NCBI GenBank assembly: GCA_913041415.1
Contig: CAJWHS010000004.1
Location: 4,417-68,416, forward strand
Direction of reading: 5' to 3'
Source: an uncultured Acidimicrobiaceae bacterium
GTDB lineage: Bacteria > Actinomycetota > Acidimicrobiia > Acidimicrobiales > Aldehydirespiratoraceae
DNA length: 64,000 nucleotides
How positions within the stretch are numbered: position 1 is the first letter of the stretch; every line of letters begins with the position of its first letter. This document shows positions 46,655-56,033 of the stretch, one piece after another. The notes under the pieces are model-generated. The model had not been told where the DNA came from. It saw only the letters and a list, made by a program, of their open reading frames with translations, and did no database searches. The position numbers and the translations under genes were made by a program.

Positions 46655-47080
46655 ATGAAGATCTGTGACCGGAAGTTCGCCAAGCTCACGACCGATGAGC
46701 TGCATGACATTCTGAAGCTCCGCATCGACGTGTTCGTCGCTGAGCAGGCGTGTGCGTACCCCGAACTCGACGGCCGCGACACCGAGCCCGGCACCCGTCA
46801 CGTGTGGATGGCTGACGACATCGGTGTGGTCGCCTATGTGCGGGTGCTCCAAGACGACGACGCAATTCGGATCTGCCGAGTCGCCACCCGGGAAGACGCT
46901 CGATCAGGGGGGCTCGCCGGCGCCCTGATCGAGCACGCCCTCGACTCGACCGACGGGCCATGGGTGCTCGATGCCCAGAGCTATCTGGCCGGCTGGTGCC
47001 GCGAGCGAGGGTTCGAGGACGACGGCGAGGAATTCATCGAGTACGGCATCGCCCACATACCGATGCTTCGGGAGTCCTGA
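46655..47080 (+). CDS. GNAT family N-acetyltransferase (ElaA-like)
   Basis: MKICDRKFAKLTTDELHDILKLRIDVFVAEQACAYPELDGRD resembles the ElaA N-terminus. RSGGLAGALIEHAL is the acetyl-CoA loop. Start moved from TTG 46646 to ATG 46655. Confidence 0.8.
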   Translation: MKICDRKFAKLTTDELHDILKLRIDVFVAEQACAYPELDGRDTEPGTRHVWMADDIGVVAYVRVLQDDDAIRICRVATREDARSGGLAGALIEHALDSTDGPWVLDAQSYLAGWCRERGFEDDGEEFIEYGIAHIPMLRES

Positions 47081-47083
47081 GCG

Positions 47084-48028
47084 TCAGTCGAAGCGGATCA
47101 CTCGCTCAGGGTCGATTCGTAGCCGCACAGTCGACCCGACCGCCGGGGCCGCTGGGAGGACGAACCGCAGACCGGCGCCATCGGCTGTGCGCAGACGGAC
47201 GTCGTGGCCAACCCCGCGAAAGTGCACCCGGTCAACCGTCGCCTCGACATCCCCCATCGGGTCGATGACCGCAGCGTCCGAGCGCCAAACCTCGATCCCT
47301 GCAGGGCCCTCGATGACGTTGGTGTGCCCGAGTATCCGAGCGACGACGAGCGACCGAGGTGCGGCCCAGACCTCCGCAGGACGATCGGTCTGGTGCAGTC
47401 GGCCATCGTGCATGACACCGACACGATCCCCGAGGGCGAACGCCTCGTCGTGATCGTGAGTGACATGGATCGCGGCAGTGCCGGTCGCTTCGAGAACCCC
47501 GGGCAGTTCGTCGATTAGCCGATCGCGAAGATGACGGTCAAGCGATCCGAGCGGTTCGTCGAGCAGCAGCACCCGGGGCGCCGGAGCGAGCGCCCGAGCG
47601 AGCGCAACACGCTGCGCCTCGCCGCCCGAGAGTGTCGTCACCGCTCGCCGTTCATAGCCGGCGAGACCAACCAACTCGAGGAGTTCGCCCACGCGCTCCC
47701 GACGGGCGACCGGGGCGACCTCGTTCATACGAAGCCCGAACTCGACATTCCTGCCGACATCGCGGTGCGGGAAAAGGGCATGGTCCTGGAACATCAGACC
47801 AAACGGACGGGCCTCGGGTGCGGCAGCGCTGATGTCATCACCGTCGAGTGAGATCGTGCCCGTCACCAACGGCTCGAGTCCGGCGATAGCGCGCAATAGC
47901 GTGCTCTTGCCGCATCCACTTGGTCCGACCAACGCAAGCATCTCTCCGGCAGCAAGATCGAGATCGGTGTCCGCCACAGCGCGCAGATCGCCGAAACGCA
48001 CCTCCACTCCGCGTAGCGCCAACATCAC
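47084..48028 (-). CDS. ABC transporter ATP-binding protein with C-terminal TOBE-like domain (thiamine uptake by context)
   Basis: GPSGCGKST Walker A, LSGGEAQRVALARAL signature, LLLDEP Walker B. 4-nt overlap with the permease gene. Confidence 0.85.
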   Translation of the reverse strand: MMLALRGVEVRFGDLRAVADTDLDLAAGEMLALVGPSGCGKSTLLRAIAGLEPLVTGTISLDGDDISAAAPEARPFGLMFQDHALFPHRDVGRNVEFGLRMNEVAPVARRERVGELLELVGLAGYERRAVTTLSGGEAQRVALARALAPAPRVLLLDEPLGSLDRHLRDRLIDELPGVLEATGTAAIHVTHDHDEAFALGDRVGVMHDGRLHQTDRPAEVWAAPRSLVVARILGHTNVIEGPAGIEVWRSDAAVIDPMGDVEATVDRVHFRGVGHDVRLRTADGAGLRFVLPAAPAVGSTVRLRIDPERVIRFD

Positions 48029-49638
48029 AACACCCCCTCGTCATCTCTGCGGCCCGATTCGATCACGAGCACCGCAGTCGCCACCAGCACCATGAGGACG
48101 ACCGAAAGGGCCATCGCCTGCCCCCGAAGCAGGTCACCGGGCGTCGTCAGCAGCCGGAAAAGCGCAATCGGCGCGGTAAGATTCTCCGGACGTCGGGGCA
48201 AAAAGGACGTCGCGCCGAACTCACCAAGCGAGACCGCGAAGGCGAACCCGGCGCCCACAAGCAAGCCTCGCATCCCGATGGGCACATCGATTTCGCGACG
48301 AGCTCGGACCGGTGACGCACCCAGCACCGCTGCCGCCTCGTGGAGCGCTGGGTCGATCGACCGCAACACGGGCACCATCGTGCGGACAACGAACGGCACC
48401 CCGACAAGGGCATGGGCGATCGGAATGATCCACCAATTCGTGCGGAGGTCGAGCGGTGGTTCGTTGAGGGCGATGAGCATGCCGAAACCGATCGTTACCG
48501 CCGACGTACCGAGCGGAAGCGTGAGACCGAGATCGAAGATCCGAGCGATACCTCGGCGGCCGTGCACGACCACCAGCGAGGCCAGAAGCCCGACGAGCAC
48601 AGCGAGCGCAGTAGCCGCAACAGCGAAGACGACCGAGTTCCACAGCGCCGTGGTGGCAGGTGCTGGCAGCTGCCGCGCCCGCTCCCCCAGAGCTTCGTAG
48701 TGGTCGAAGGCGTAGCCCCCACCCGTCGAGAACGACCGCTCGACCAGCACGCCGATCGGTCCGCCAAGCAACACCAGGCCGATGATGAGGTTGCCCCAGC
48801 ACCAGGCGGGAGTTGCGGGACGACGACTCGACCGGGCGCCCCGACCGACGATCGGGCGATGACGCTCCAGGCGGGTTGAGAGAATGACGAGGGCCAGAAC
48901 GGCGAGGAGTTGCAGAGCGGCAAGCGCGGCGGCGGTCTCGAGGTCGACGCGGGTGACCGCCTGTCGATAGATCTCGGTCTCGATCGTTGCCCGCCGAGGC
49001 CCACCGAGGATCAGCACCACACCGAACGACGTGAACGAGAACAAAAAGACGATCGCCGCAGCAGAGGTGACGGCGGGCTGAAGCCGAGGCAACGTGACCT
49101 CCCGGAAGGTCTGCCACGAATTCGCTCCGAGCACACGGGCCGCCTCCTCCACGCGTTGATCGAGGCCGGCCCAGTAGGAACCCACCGCCCGGACGACGAC
49201 CGCATAGTTGAAGAACACGTGGGCGATCAGGACCGCCCAGACGGTGTGACGAAGCCGAAACGCGCCGTCGTCAAGTCCGGCAACTGCGAACACCTCGGTG
49301 AACGCACCAGCGACGACGACCGTCGGCAGCACGAACGGCACGGTCACGAGCGCCCGAATAAGTCGCTGACGTCGCGCCGACAACCGTGCGACGACCGATG
49401 CAGCGGGGATGCCGACGGCGAGCGTGAGCAAGGTGCTCGCAATCGCCTGCCAGATCGTGAACCAGGCGATGTCGCGTTGACGAGACGACGCAGCCAGATT
49501 GAGAAAGATCTCACCTCCCCCACCGCCGAGGCCACGCCACAGGATCGTGGCGATCGGGTAGAGGAAAAACGCAACGATGAATGCGGCAGGGACGACCACC
49601 AGCACCCCACGAGTGCTGAGGCCGAACAGTCGGTTCAT
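48025..49638 (-). CDS. ABC transporter permease with duplicated permease domain (ThiP-like)
   Basis: About 537 aa, 12 predicted TM segments in two homologous halves. I trimmed the ORF to ATG 49638 (MNRLFGLS...). Confidence 0.8.
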   Translation of the reverse strand: MNRLFGLSTRGVLVVVPAAFIVAFFLYPIATILWRGLGGGGGEIFLNLAASSRQRDIAWFTIWQAIASTLLTLAVGIPAASVVARLSARRQRLIRALVTVPFVLPTVVVAGAFTEVFAVAGLDDGAFRLRHTVWAVLIAHVFFNYAVVVRAVGSYWAGLDQRVEEAARVLGANSWQTFREVTLPRLQPAVTSAAAIVFLFSFTSFGVVLILGGPRRATIETEIYRQAVTRVDLETAAALAALQLLAVLALVILSTRLERHRPIVGRGARSSRRPATPAWCWGNLIIGLVLLGGPIGVLVERSFSTGGGYAFDHYEALGERARQLPAPATTALWNSVVFAVAATALAVLVGLLASLVVVHGRRGIARIFDLGLTLPLGTSAVTIGFGMLIALNEPPLDLRTNWWIIPIAHALVGVPFVVRTMVPVLRSIDPALHEAAAVLGASPVRARREIDVPIGMRGLLVGAGFAFAVSLGEFGATSFLPRRPENLTAPIALFRLLTTPGDLLRGQAMALSVVLMVLVATAVLVIESGRRDDEGVL

Positions 49639-49663
49639 CGCACGCTGCTCCGGATCCGTGCTC

Positions 49664-50704
49664 TCAGCCCAGGACGATCTCGACCCAACGCTCAACCCAT
49701 GCGTCACGGTTCGCTTCGATGACGGCCGGTTCAATGGTCTGCGGATCGTCGGCAATCTCGACGAACTCGACGAACCCGGCCGGCAACGCTGCGGCCTCGA
49801 GTGCCGGGAAGACGAACATGTTGAGTGGCACGTCCTCCTGGAACATCGGGGTTAACATGAAGTCGATGAGCGCTTCCGCCTCAGCGCGGTGCTCGGTGCC
49901 AGCGAGAATGCCGGCGAACTCGATCTGACGGAAGCAGGAGTCGAGCAGCACACCGGTCGGTGCCGTGTCGACCGGCGGGTCGGCAAAGATGACCTCGGCA
50001 GGCGGGCTCGACGCATACGAGACGACGATCGATCGGTCACCGCCACCGGCGGTGAACTCGCCGTAATAGGCGTCGGACCACCCGGCGGTGACACTGACGC
50101 CGTTGGCAACAAGGTCGGCCCAGTACTGCTCCCAGTCGTCGGTGCCATTGACGGTGGCGAGCAGGAAGGCGAGCCCGGGAGAGGACGACTCGGGCGACAT
50201 CACGACGAATTGGTCTGCGTAGATCGGATCAGTCAAATCCTCGAGCGTGGTTGGCGCCTCAGCCCCCTCGGGTAGGGCGTCGATCCAATAGTTGACGCAG
50301 ACGTCGCCGAAGTCGATCGGCGTGACGCGGTGCTGGTTGTCGATGCGCAGCTCGGGGGATACACCGTCGAGATTGCCCGACTCGTAGACCTCGAACAGTT
50401 CGGCGTCGAGCCCCCGCTGCAGGAAGGTGTTGTCGATGCCGAACATGACGTCGGCGAGGGGCGTGTCCCTGGTCAGGATCGCCTCGCTCACCATCGCGCC
50501 AGCGTCACCACCCTGCAGCAACTCGACGGAAATCCCCGTCTCGGCGGTGAACGCCTCAAGCACGGTGTCACTGACGACGAAGGAGTCGTGGGTCATCAAC
50601 GTCACCGACCCGCCATCGGACAGCTCGGACTCGACGCTGTCGTCATCGCCGCACGCCGAAGCGAGCAGGCCAAAAGTGAGCAGGACCATCAGTGTTTTCT
50701 TCAT
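49664..50704 (-). CDS. ABC substrate-binding lipoprotein (thiamine-binding ThiB/TbpA-like by riboswitch context)
   Basis: MKKTLMVLLTFGLLASACGDDD lipobox and a periplasmic-binding-protein fold pattern. Sits directly downstream of the TPP riboswitch. Confidence 0.8.
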   Translation of the reverse strand: MKKTLMVLLTFGLLASACGDDDSVESELSDGGSVTLMTHDSFVVSDTVLEAFTAETGISVELLQGGDAGAMVSEAILTRDTPLADVMFGIDNTFLQRGLDAELFEVYESGNLDGVSPELRIDNQHRVTPIDFGDVCVNYWIDALPEGAEAPTTLEDLTDPIYADQFVVMSPESSSPGLAFLLATVNGTDDWEQYWADLVANGVSVTAGWSDAYYGEFTAGGGDRSIVVSYASSPPAEVIFADPPVDTAPTGVLLDSCFRQIEFAGILAGTEHRAEAEALIDFMLTPMFQEDVPLNMFVFPALEAAALPAGFVEFVEIADDPQTIEPAVIEANRDAWVERWVEIVLG

Positions 50705-50707
50705 GAC

Positions 50708-50800
50708 TTCCTCCGCCGGCATTACCCGGATCAGGTTCGGTCGGGTCGTCGACGGCTGTGGTCGACCTCTCAGCCCGGCTCCCCGAGCTCCCCGGTTGGT
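50708..50800 (-). promoter_or_regulatory. TPP (thiamine pyrophosphate) riboswitch, THI-box
   Basis: Minus strand: GGGGAGCUCGGGGAGCCGGGCUGAGAGGUCGACCACAGCCGUCGACGACCCGACCGAACCUGAUCCGGGUAAUGCCGGCGGAGGAAGUC-AUG. It contains the invariant CUGAGA, ACCUGAUC and UAAUGCC.GCG elements. The SD (GGAGGAAG) abuts the 3' end of the aptamer. Confidence 0.9.
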
Positions 50801-50871
50801 TGTGATGAAAGCGTAACCGACGGCGACGGCGCCAAGCCCCTTCAGGCCACACGTTTGCCGTTTGACGCGGC

Positions 50872-51648
50872 TCAACGACCCTTGAAGTGGGGATCTCGCT
50901 TCTCTACGAAAGCTGTCATCGCTTCGACCGTGTCGGCGGTCGTGAACTGGTACGCCTGGCCCATGCCCTCGGCCTCCAGCGCCTCTTCAAGGGTCGAGGT
51001 GAACGACTGGTTGAGCAGCTTCTTGCTGGTGGCGAGCGCGATCGGCGGCCCGGCCTTGAGCTTTGAGACAAACTCTTCGACGACGGTGTCGAGCTCGCTG
51101 TGCGGCACGACCCGGTTGACGAGGCCCATCTCCTGGGCGCGGTCTGCGTCGAGAATGTCGGCCAGCAGCACGAGTTCCTTCGCCTTCTGCATTCCGACGA
51201 TTCTTGGGAGGATGAATGACCCGCCGAAGTCAATGTTGAGCCCACGGCGAGCGAAGATCTCGCTGAACCGGCTTCGATCCGAGGCGAGCACAAAGTCGCA
51301 GGCGAGCGCCATGTTGAGACCTGCGCCGGCGGCGACACCATCGACCCGGGCGATTGTCGGCTTCGGCAGGGTGTGAAGTGTCTGGCAGGCTCGGCCGACC
51401 GATCGCATCCCGTCGAGCGGATGGCCTTCCCGATCCCGGGGATCGCCGCCCACATCGGCGCCAGAGCAGAAGTCCTCACCGGCGCCGGTGATGACGAGCA
51501 CCCGGACCGAGTCGTCCCGTGCAACTTCGTCGAACAGGTCGTGCAGACCCGCCCAACCGGGTGCGGTGACTGCGTTGCGTACCTCGGGTCGATCGATCGT
51601 GATCGTGGCGACGCCGTCGGAGCGTTCGAGATTGAGGTACTCGACCAT
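50872..51648 (-). CDS. enoyl-CoA hydratase/isomerase
   Basis: VATITIDRPEVRNAV, FCSGADVGG, and ARVDGVAAGAGLNMALACDF. I trimmed the ORF to ATG 51648. Confidence 0.9.
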   Translation of the reverse strand: MVEYLNLERSDGVATITIDRPEVRNAVTAPGWAGLHDLFDEVARDDSVRVLVITGAGEDFCSGADVGGDPRDREGHPLDGMRSVGRACQTLHTLPKPTIARVDGVAAGAGLNMALACDFVLASDRSRFSEIFARRGLNIDFGGSFILPRIVGMQKAKELVLLADILDADRAQEMGLVNRVVPHSELDTVVEEFVSKLKAGPPIALATSKKLLNQSFTSTLEEALEAEGMGQAYQFTTADTVEAMTAFVEKRDPHFKGR

Positions 51649-51688
51649 CAGGCGTTTCCGGTTGCCGGATATCGGGACGATGCCGACA

Positions 51689-52561
51689 TCAGCCTTCGGC
51701 TCCCATGTCGGCGGCGAGGTAGAACGCAGCATCGATCGACTCCTTCGGACCGAGGACGTTCATTGCGATTTCGTCGACGCCGGCGGCGGCGTACTCCTCG
51801 AGACCGGCCCGCACCGTGTCGGGATCACCGGCGAGCAGCATGTCCTCGGGCCCCGCCATGCCTTCGCGGTCCAGCATCGCCCGGTACGACGGCAGCTGCC
51901 CGTAGATCTTCAGGGCCTCGGCTGTGGTGGCCCGAGCAGACTCGACATTGTCGGTGATCCACACGGGCACGCCGGCGGCGATCGCGCCCGGCCCGATACC
52001 CGGCCGGATGTGAGACGCGATGGTCTTCGGCCCCGTCATCCAGGTGATTGTGCCACCCGTGCGTTCACCGGCAAGCGCAAGCATCTTCGGGCCCATCGCA
52101 GCGAGCATGACCTCGGGGGCGGAGCCGGGGATGTTGATCTGGGTGTGGTGGGTGACGAACTCACCCGTGGTCGACACTCGCTGCTCGTTCAAAAGCGGGA
52201 GCAGGGCGTCGAGGTACTCGACCATGTGGGTGTAGGGCTTGCGCCACTCGATGCCGTACTGCATCTCCATCGCCGGCTGGTGGCTGGCACCGAGACCGAG
52301 ACAGAACCGACCGCCGGTGGCCTGGTTGATCGTTCGGGACTGGGCGGCGAGTGTCTCAGCGAAGGTGGTCTGCATCGCGACGACCGACGTGCCGAGCCCG
52401 ATATCGGGCACCTCACGACCGACGATGGCCAACGTCACCATCGGATCGGCGTTGAACACCTGGGGGTTCCAGTAACGGTGCAGGCCGGCGGCTCGAGCCC
52501 GCTCGGCAGTCTCGAGGGCAGCGTCGATCTCCGACGGAGAATCGAACCAACTGATCTTCAC
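51689..52561 (-). CDS. LLM-class (luciferase-like) flavin/F420-dependent oxidoreductase
   Basis: ...LGTSVVAMQTTFAETLAAQSRTINQATGGRFCLGLGASHQP... TIM-barrel LLM pattern. GTG 52561 has AGGAG upstream. Confidence 0.8.
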   Translation of the reverse strand: MKISWFDSPSEIDAALETAERARAAGLHRYWNPQVFNADPMVTLAIVGREVPDIGLGTSVVAMQTTFAETLAAQSRTINQATGGRFCLGLGASHQPAMEMQYGIEWRKPYTHMVEYLDALLPLLNEQRVSTTGEFVTHHTQINIPGSAPEVMLAAMGPKMLALAGERTGGTITWMTGPKTIASHIRPGIGPGAIAAGVPVWITDNVESARATTAEALKIYGQLPSYRAMLDREGMAGPEDMLLAGDPDTVRAGLEEYAAAGVDEIAMNVLGPKESIDAAFYLAADMGAEG

Positions 52562-52574
52562 GGCGAACTCCTGT

Positions 52575-53222
52575 TCACATTCGGTCGAGAAGTTCGCGCT
52601 TCTTGGCTTCGAACTCCTCATCGGTCACCACGCCCCGACGGCGTAGTCGGTCGAGCTTTTCGATCTGTTCCGGGATCGACAACTGTGGTTCAGCGGGCGT
52701 TGCGGGAGCAGCTTCGGCCGCCGCCTGGCCGAGACGGCGGAGCCGACGATCCTCGAGGCCTTCGACCTGGCGGTAGATCTCGTTCTGCACGAGGTTCGGC
52801 ATTCGGATGTCGGTGAACTCCTGGCGTCCGCCCTCACCGGCGGACTCGATGCCCAGGTCACCCGCACCGATGATCCGCTCGAAGATCGACTGTTTGAAGA
52901 ACACCGTGTTGATCCGGTCGAGCGGGATCTCGATACCCTCCTTCGAGAACACACCTTTGCGGGACACGAGCCGCTCGTTTGTGACAACGAAATTGGTGGT
53001 CGTCCACTGCAGGTACGTGAATCCGAAGAAGCCAAGTCCCCCGAGGAAGAGGAGCAAAATCGCCCAGTCGAATGGGCCCCACCAACTCATCCGTAGGGCA
53101 GCGAGCGCGACGATAGTCACCACAGCGAGCAACGCACCGGCTGGCGCGAGACACCACCAATGCGGGCGAAGATCAAGGACGAGGTCTTCGTCCTCGGTCA
53201 ACAGGTGGGTGGGGAACGGCAC
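52575..53222 (-). CDS. membrane bPH (YdbS/YdbT-like PH) domain protein with C-terminal SHOCT domain
   Basis: Two TM helices, then FVVTNERLVSRKGVFSKEGIEIPLDRINTVFFKQSIFERIIGAGDL. C-terminus IPEQIEKLDRLRRRGVVTDEEFEAKKRELL. Confidence 0.75.
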   Translation of the reverse strand: MPFPTHLLTEDEDLVLDLRPHWWCLAPAGALLAVVTIVALAALRMSWWGPFDWAILLLFLGGLGFFGFTYLQWTTTNFVVTNERLVSRKGVFSKEGIEIPLDRINTVFFKQSIFERIIGAGDLGIESAGEGGRQEFTDIRMPNLVQNEIYRQVEGLEDRRLRRLGQAAAEAAPATPAEPQLSIPEQIEKLDRLRRRGVVTDEEFEAKKRELLDRM

Positions 53223-53231
53223 GGGCCGACA

Positions 53232-54461
53232 CTAACCCGCCGTCGCCGCAGAGGCCTCCGCTGTGTCGGTCGGGAGCGGGGGCAGTCGAAGAGTCAACAG
53301 CCAGGTGAGCGCTGCGAACGCGGCCGAACCCCACATCGCAAGTTCGAGCCCACCCCCGAGATAGAGCACCCCGCTGAGCAGAGTGCCGACGAGTCGGCCG
53401 GAGGCGTTGGCCGAGTAGTAGAAGCCGACATCCATGCTGACCTCGTCGTCGCCTGCGTAGGCGAGGATCAGATACGAGTGGAGGCTCGAGTTCAGCGCGA
53501 ACACGATCCCGAAGACGATCAGCCCGCCCAGTACTGCGACCTCGCGCAGGTCACCGATCGTCACGCCGATCGCGATGAGGGCCGACACCACCCCGAGGAC
53601 GAAGGCCCATGCACGAGCCGCCGCAATCTCGTCGATCTCGCCCCGAACACGCAGAACCTGCGGAGCGACCGATTGGACGACGCCGTAGCCGATCACCCAC
53701 GCCGCGAGGAAGGCGCCCGTGGCCGTGAACGACCAGCCGAGTATCTCGTCGAGGAAGACGGGAAGCGCAACGACGAACCAGATGTCTCGGGAGGAGAAGA
53801 GGAAGAAGCGAGCAGCCGAGAGTCGGTTGACGGCCTCGGATTTCGACAAGATCGATCGCAGCGGCGGCTTCTTCGTGGATCTGCCGATGTCCTCGTTCAG
53901 CAGGACCGTCACGGCAACGAGCGCAACGGCGATGCCACCCGCCATGGCGAAGAGCGTCGTGTCGTAGCCCAGCCAGGCGAGGAGCGCCGCACCGAGAAAG
54001 AAGCCGACCCCCTTCAGCGCATTTTTGGATCCGGTCAGCACGGCGACGAGTCGGAACAGAGCGTTGTCACCATCACCGGCGACATACTTCACCGCACTCT
54101 TCGAGCTCATCTTGGTGAGGTCTTTGGCGACACCCGACAGCGCCTGGGCACCCATGACGTACGCCACCGACACCCATTCGACCCAGTCGGGTGAGTGCAG
54201 GGCGAGAATCACCAGAGCGACGATCTGAAGCAAGAGCCCGGCGAGCAGGGTTTGGTTGAGTCCTCGCCGGGCACCAACCCACCCGCCGAGCAGGTTGGTG
54301 ATGATTCCCATGAATTCGTAGAGCAGGAAGAGGAAGGCGAGCGACACCGGCGAATACCCGAGGTCGTGGAAGTGGAGCAGCACCAGCAGGCGCAGGGCTC
54401 CGTCGGTGATCGTGAACGCCCAGTAGCCCGCGGTGACAAGGGCGTAGTTGCGCAACTGCAC
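53232..54461 (-). CDS. arsJ: organoarsenical efflux MFS transporter ArsJ
   Basis: MQLRNYALVTAGYWAFTITDGALRLLVLLHFHDLGYSPVSLAFLFLLYEFMGIITNLLGGW matches the ArsJ N-terminus as I recall it. It lies immediately downstream of a GAPDH gene. Confidence 0.75.
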   Translation of the reverse strand: MQLRNYALVTAGYWAFTITDGALRLLVLLHFHDLGYSPVSLAFLFLLYEFMGIITNLLGGWVGARRGLNQTLLAGLLLQIVALVILALHSPDWVEWVSVAYVMGAQALSGVAKDLTKMSSKSAVKYVAGDGDNALFRLVAVLTGSKNALKGVGFFLGAALLAWLGYDTTLFAMAGGIAVALVAVTVLLNEDIGRSTKKPPLRSILSKSEAVNRLSAARFFLFSSRDIWFVVALPVFLDEILGWSFTATGAFLAAWVIGYGVVQSVAPQVLRVRGEIDEIAAARAWAFVLGVVSALIAIGVTIGDLREVAVLGGLIVFGIVFALNSSLHSYLILAYAGDDEVSMDVGFYYSANASGRLVGTLLSGVLYLGGGLELAMWGSAAFAALTWLLTLRLPPLPTDTAEASAATAG

Positions 54462-54470
54462 GACGGGTTC

Positions 54471-55481
54471 CTAGAGCTCCGCAGCGACCCTTGCGGCCAG
54501 GTCGGCCATCCGGAACGCATAGCCGTACTCGTTGTCGTACCAGGTGAGGATTTTCACCATCCGGTTGTCGATCACCATCGTCGAGGGCCCGTCGACAACG
54601 CCCGACCGGGTGTCGTTCACGAAGTCGGCTGACACAAGGGGACGCTCCTCGAACCCGAGGATCCCGGCGAGCTCACCGTTGGCTGAGGTCCGGAGCGCGT
54701 CGTTCACCTCGTCGACGGTGACATCGCGCTCGAGGGTGAACACTGCGTCGGTGAGCGATGCGTTGAGCAACGGCAACCGGACGGCCAGACCGTTGAGCTT
54801 TCCCTGCAGCTCGGGGTAGATCATCGTGATCGCCGTGGCCGAGCCCGTGGTGGTTGGGATCAGTGAGTTGAGCGCCGACCGGGCCCGTCGAAGGTCCTTG
54901 TGCGGGGCGTCGACTATCACCTGCGTGTTGGTGACGTCGTGAATCGTGGTGATGACACCCCGTTCGATACCGAACGTCTCGTGTACCACCTTCACCACCG
55001 GAGCGAGCGAGTTCGTCGTGCACGACGCCGCCGTGAGGATGTCGTGCTCAGCGGGCTCATAGTCGGCGTCGTTGCAGCCGACGACGATGTTGGGCACGCC
55101 CGGGCTCTTGACGGGCGCAGCGACCAGGACCTTGCGGGCGCCGTTGTCGAGATGGGGCGTGAGGGTCTCGGTGGTCGTGAACGCGCCGCTGGCCTCCATC
55201 ACGAGGTCGACACCCAGATCAGCCCACGGGATGTTCCCGGGTTCGTCGTGGGTGCTGGTCGTGACCCGTTGACCATCTACGAGGATCGTGTCGCCGTCGA
55301 CCCTGACCTCGCCGGCATAGCGGCCGTGGACCGTGTCGAACTCGAGGAGGTGCGCTGCGGTGGCGGCGTCGGCCTTCAGGTCGTTGACGTGGGCGAGTTC
55401 GATGCCGTCATGACCGGCGATGCCCCGGACAGCGAGTCGCCCGATGCGCCCGAAGCCGTTGATACCGATGCGAGTGGTCAT
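54471..55481 (-). CDS. gap: type I glyceraldehyde-3-phosphate dehydrogenase (ArsJ-associated)
   Basis: MTTRIGINGFGRIGR, ASCTTNSLAP catalytic Cys, and WYDNEYGY. GGGAG SD. Confidence 0.9.
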   Translation of the reverse strand: MTTRIGINGFGRIGRLAVRGIAGHDGIELAHVNDLKADAATAAHLLEFDTVHGRYAGEVRVDGDTILVDGQRVTTSTHDEPGNIPWADLGVDLVMEASGAFTTTETLTPHLDNGARKVLVAAPVKSPGVPNIVVGCNDADYEPAEHDILTAASCTTNSLAPVVKVVHETFGIERGVITTIHDVTNTQVIVDAPHKDLRRARSALNSLIPTTTGSATAITMIYPELQGKLNGLAVRLPLLNASLTDAVFTLERDVTVDEVNDALRTSANGELAGILGFEERPLVSADFVNDTRSGVVDGPSTMVIDNRMVKILTWYDNEYGYAFRMADLAARVAAEL

Positions 55482-55621
55482 GGTCGAACTCCCAGAGGAC
55501 GTGTCAAGGATGACGCTAGCGAATCCGCCTCACCGGACTCGGTAGCGATCACCCGAAATCCTGGTGAACCCCAGGCGTCGGTATCGGTCACCGTCCCGGT
55601 CGGTGGCGGCGGGGACGTCGA

Positions 55622-55966
55622 TCATCCCCAGCCCCATTCGTGGAGCTTGTCGTCATCGATACCAAAGTGATGGGCGATCTCGTGCACGACGGTGACCATC
55701 ACCTCCTCGACGAGTTCGTCCTCGTCGCGAGCGAACTCGCAGAGGGGAAGCCGGTAGAGCGTGATGACGTCGGGCATGGCCATGCCGCCGTAGTCGCCGC
55801 GTTCGGTGAGCGGTACCCCTTCGTACAGTCCCAGCAGATCCTCGGTCGGGTGCCGGTCCGCGACAACCACGGCGACATTGTCCATCAGACGCATGAGTTG
55901 AGGTGGCATCTCGTCGAGCGCGGCGGCGACCAGTCGTTCGAACTGATGACGCGGGATCGCCTCCAT
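55622..55966 (-). CDS. small zinc metallopeptidase-family protein (DUF1025-like)
   Basis: VVHEIAHHFGIDDDKLHEWGW C-terminus. TAGGTT lies 6 nt upstream of the ATG. Confidence 0.7.
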   Translation of the reverse strand: MEAIPRHQFERLVAAALDEMPPQLMRLMDNVAVVVADRHPTEDLLGLYEGVPLTERGDYGGMAMPDVITLYRLPLCEFARDEDELVEEVMVTVVHEIAHHFGIDDDKLHEWGWG

Positions 55967-56033
55967 GGGCGAAACCTACCGGCGTCCCCGGGTTCCCGGA
56001 GAGCGTGTCGGCTCGAGTCGGTAGGGTCACATT

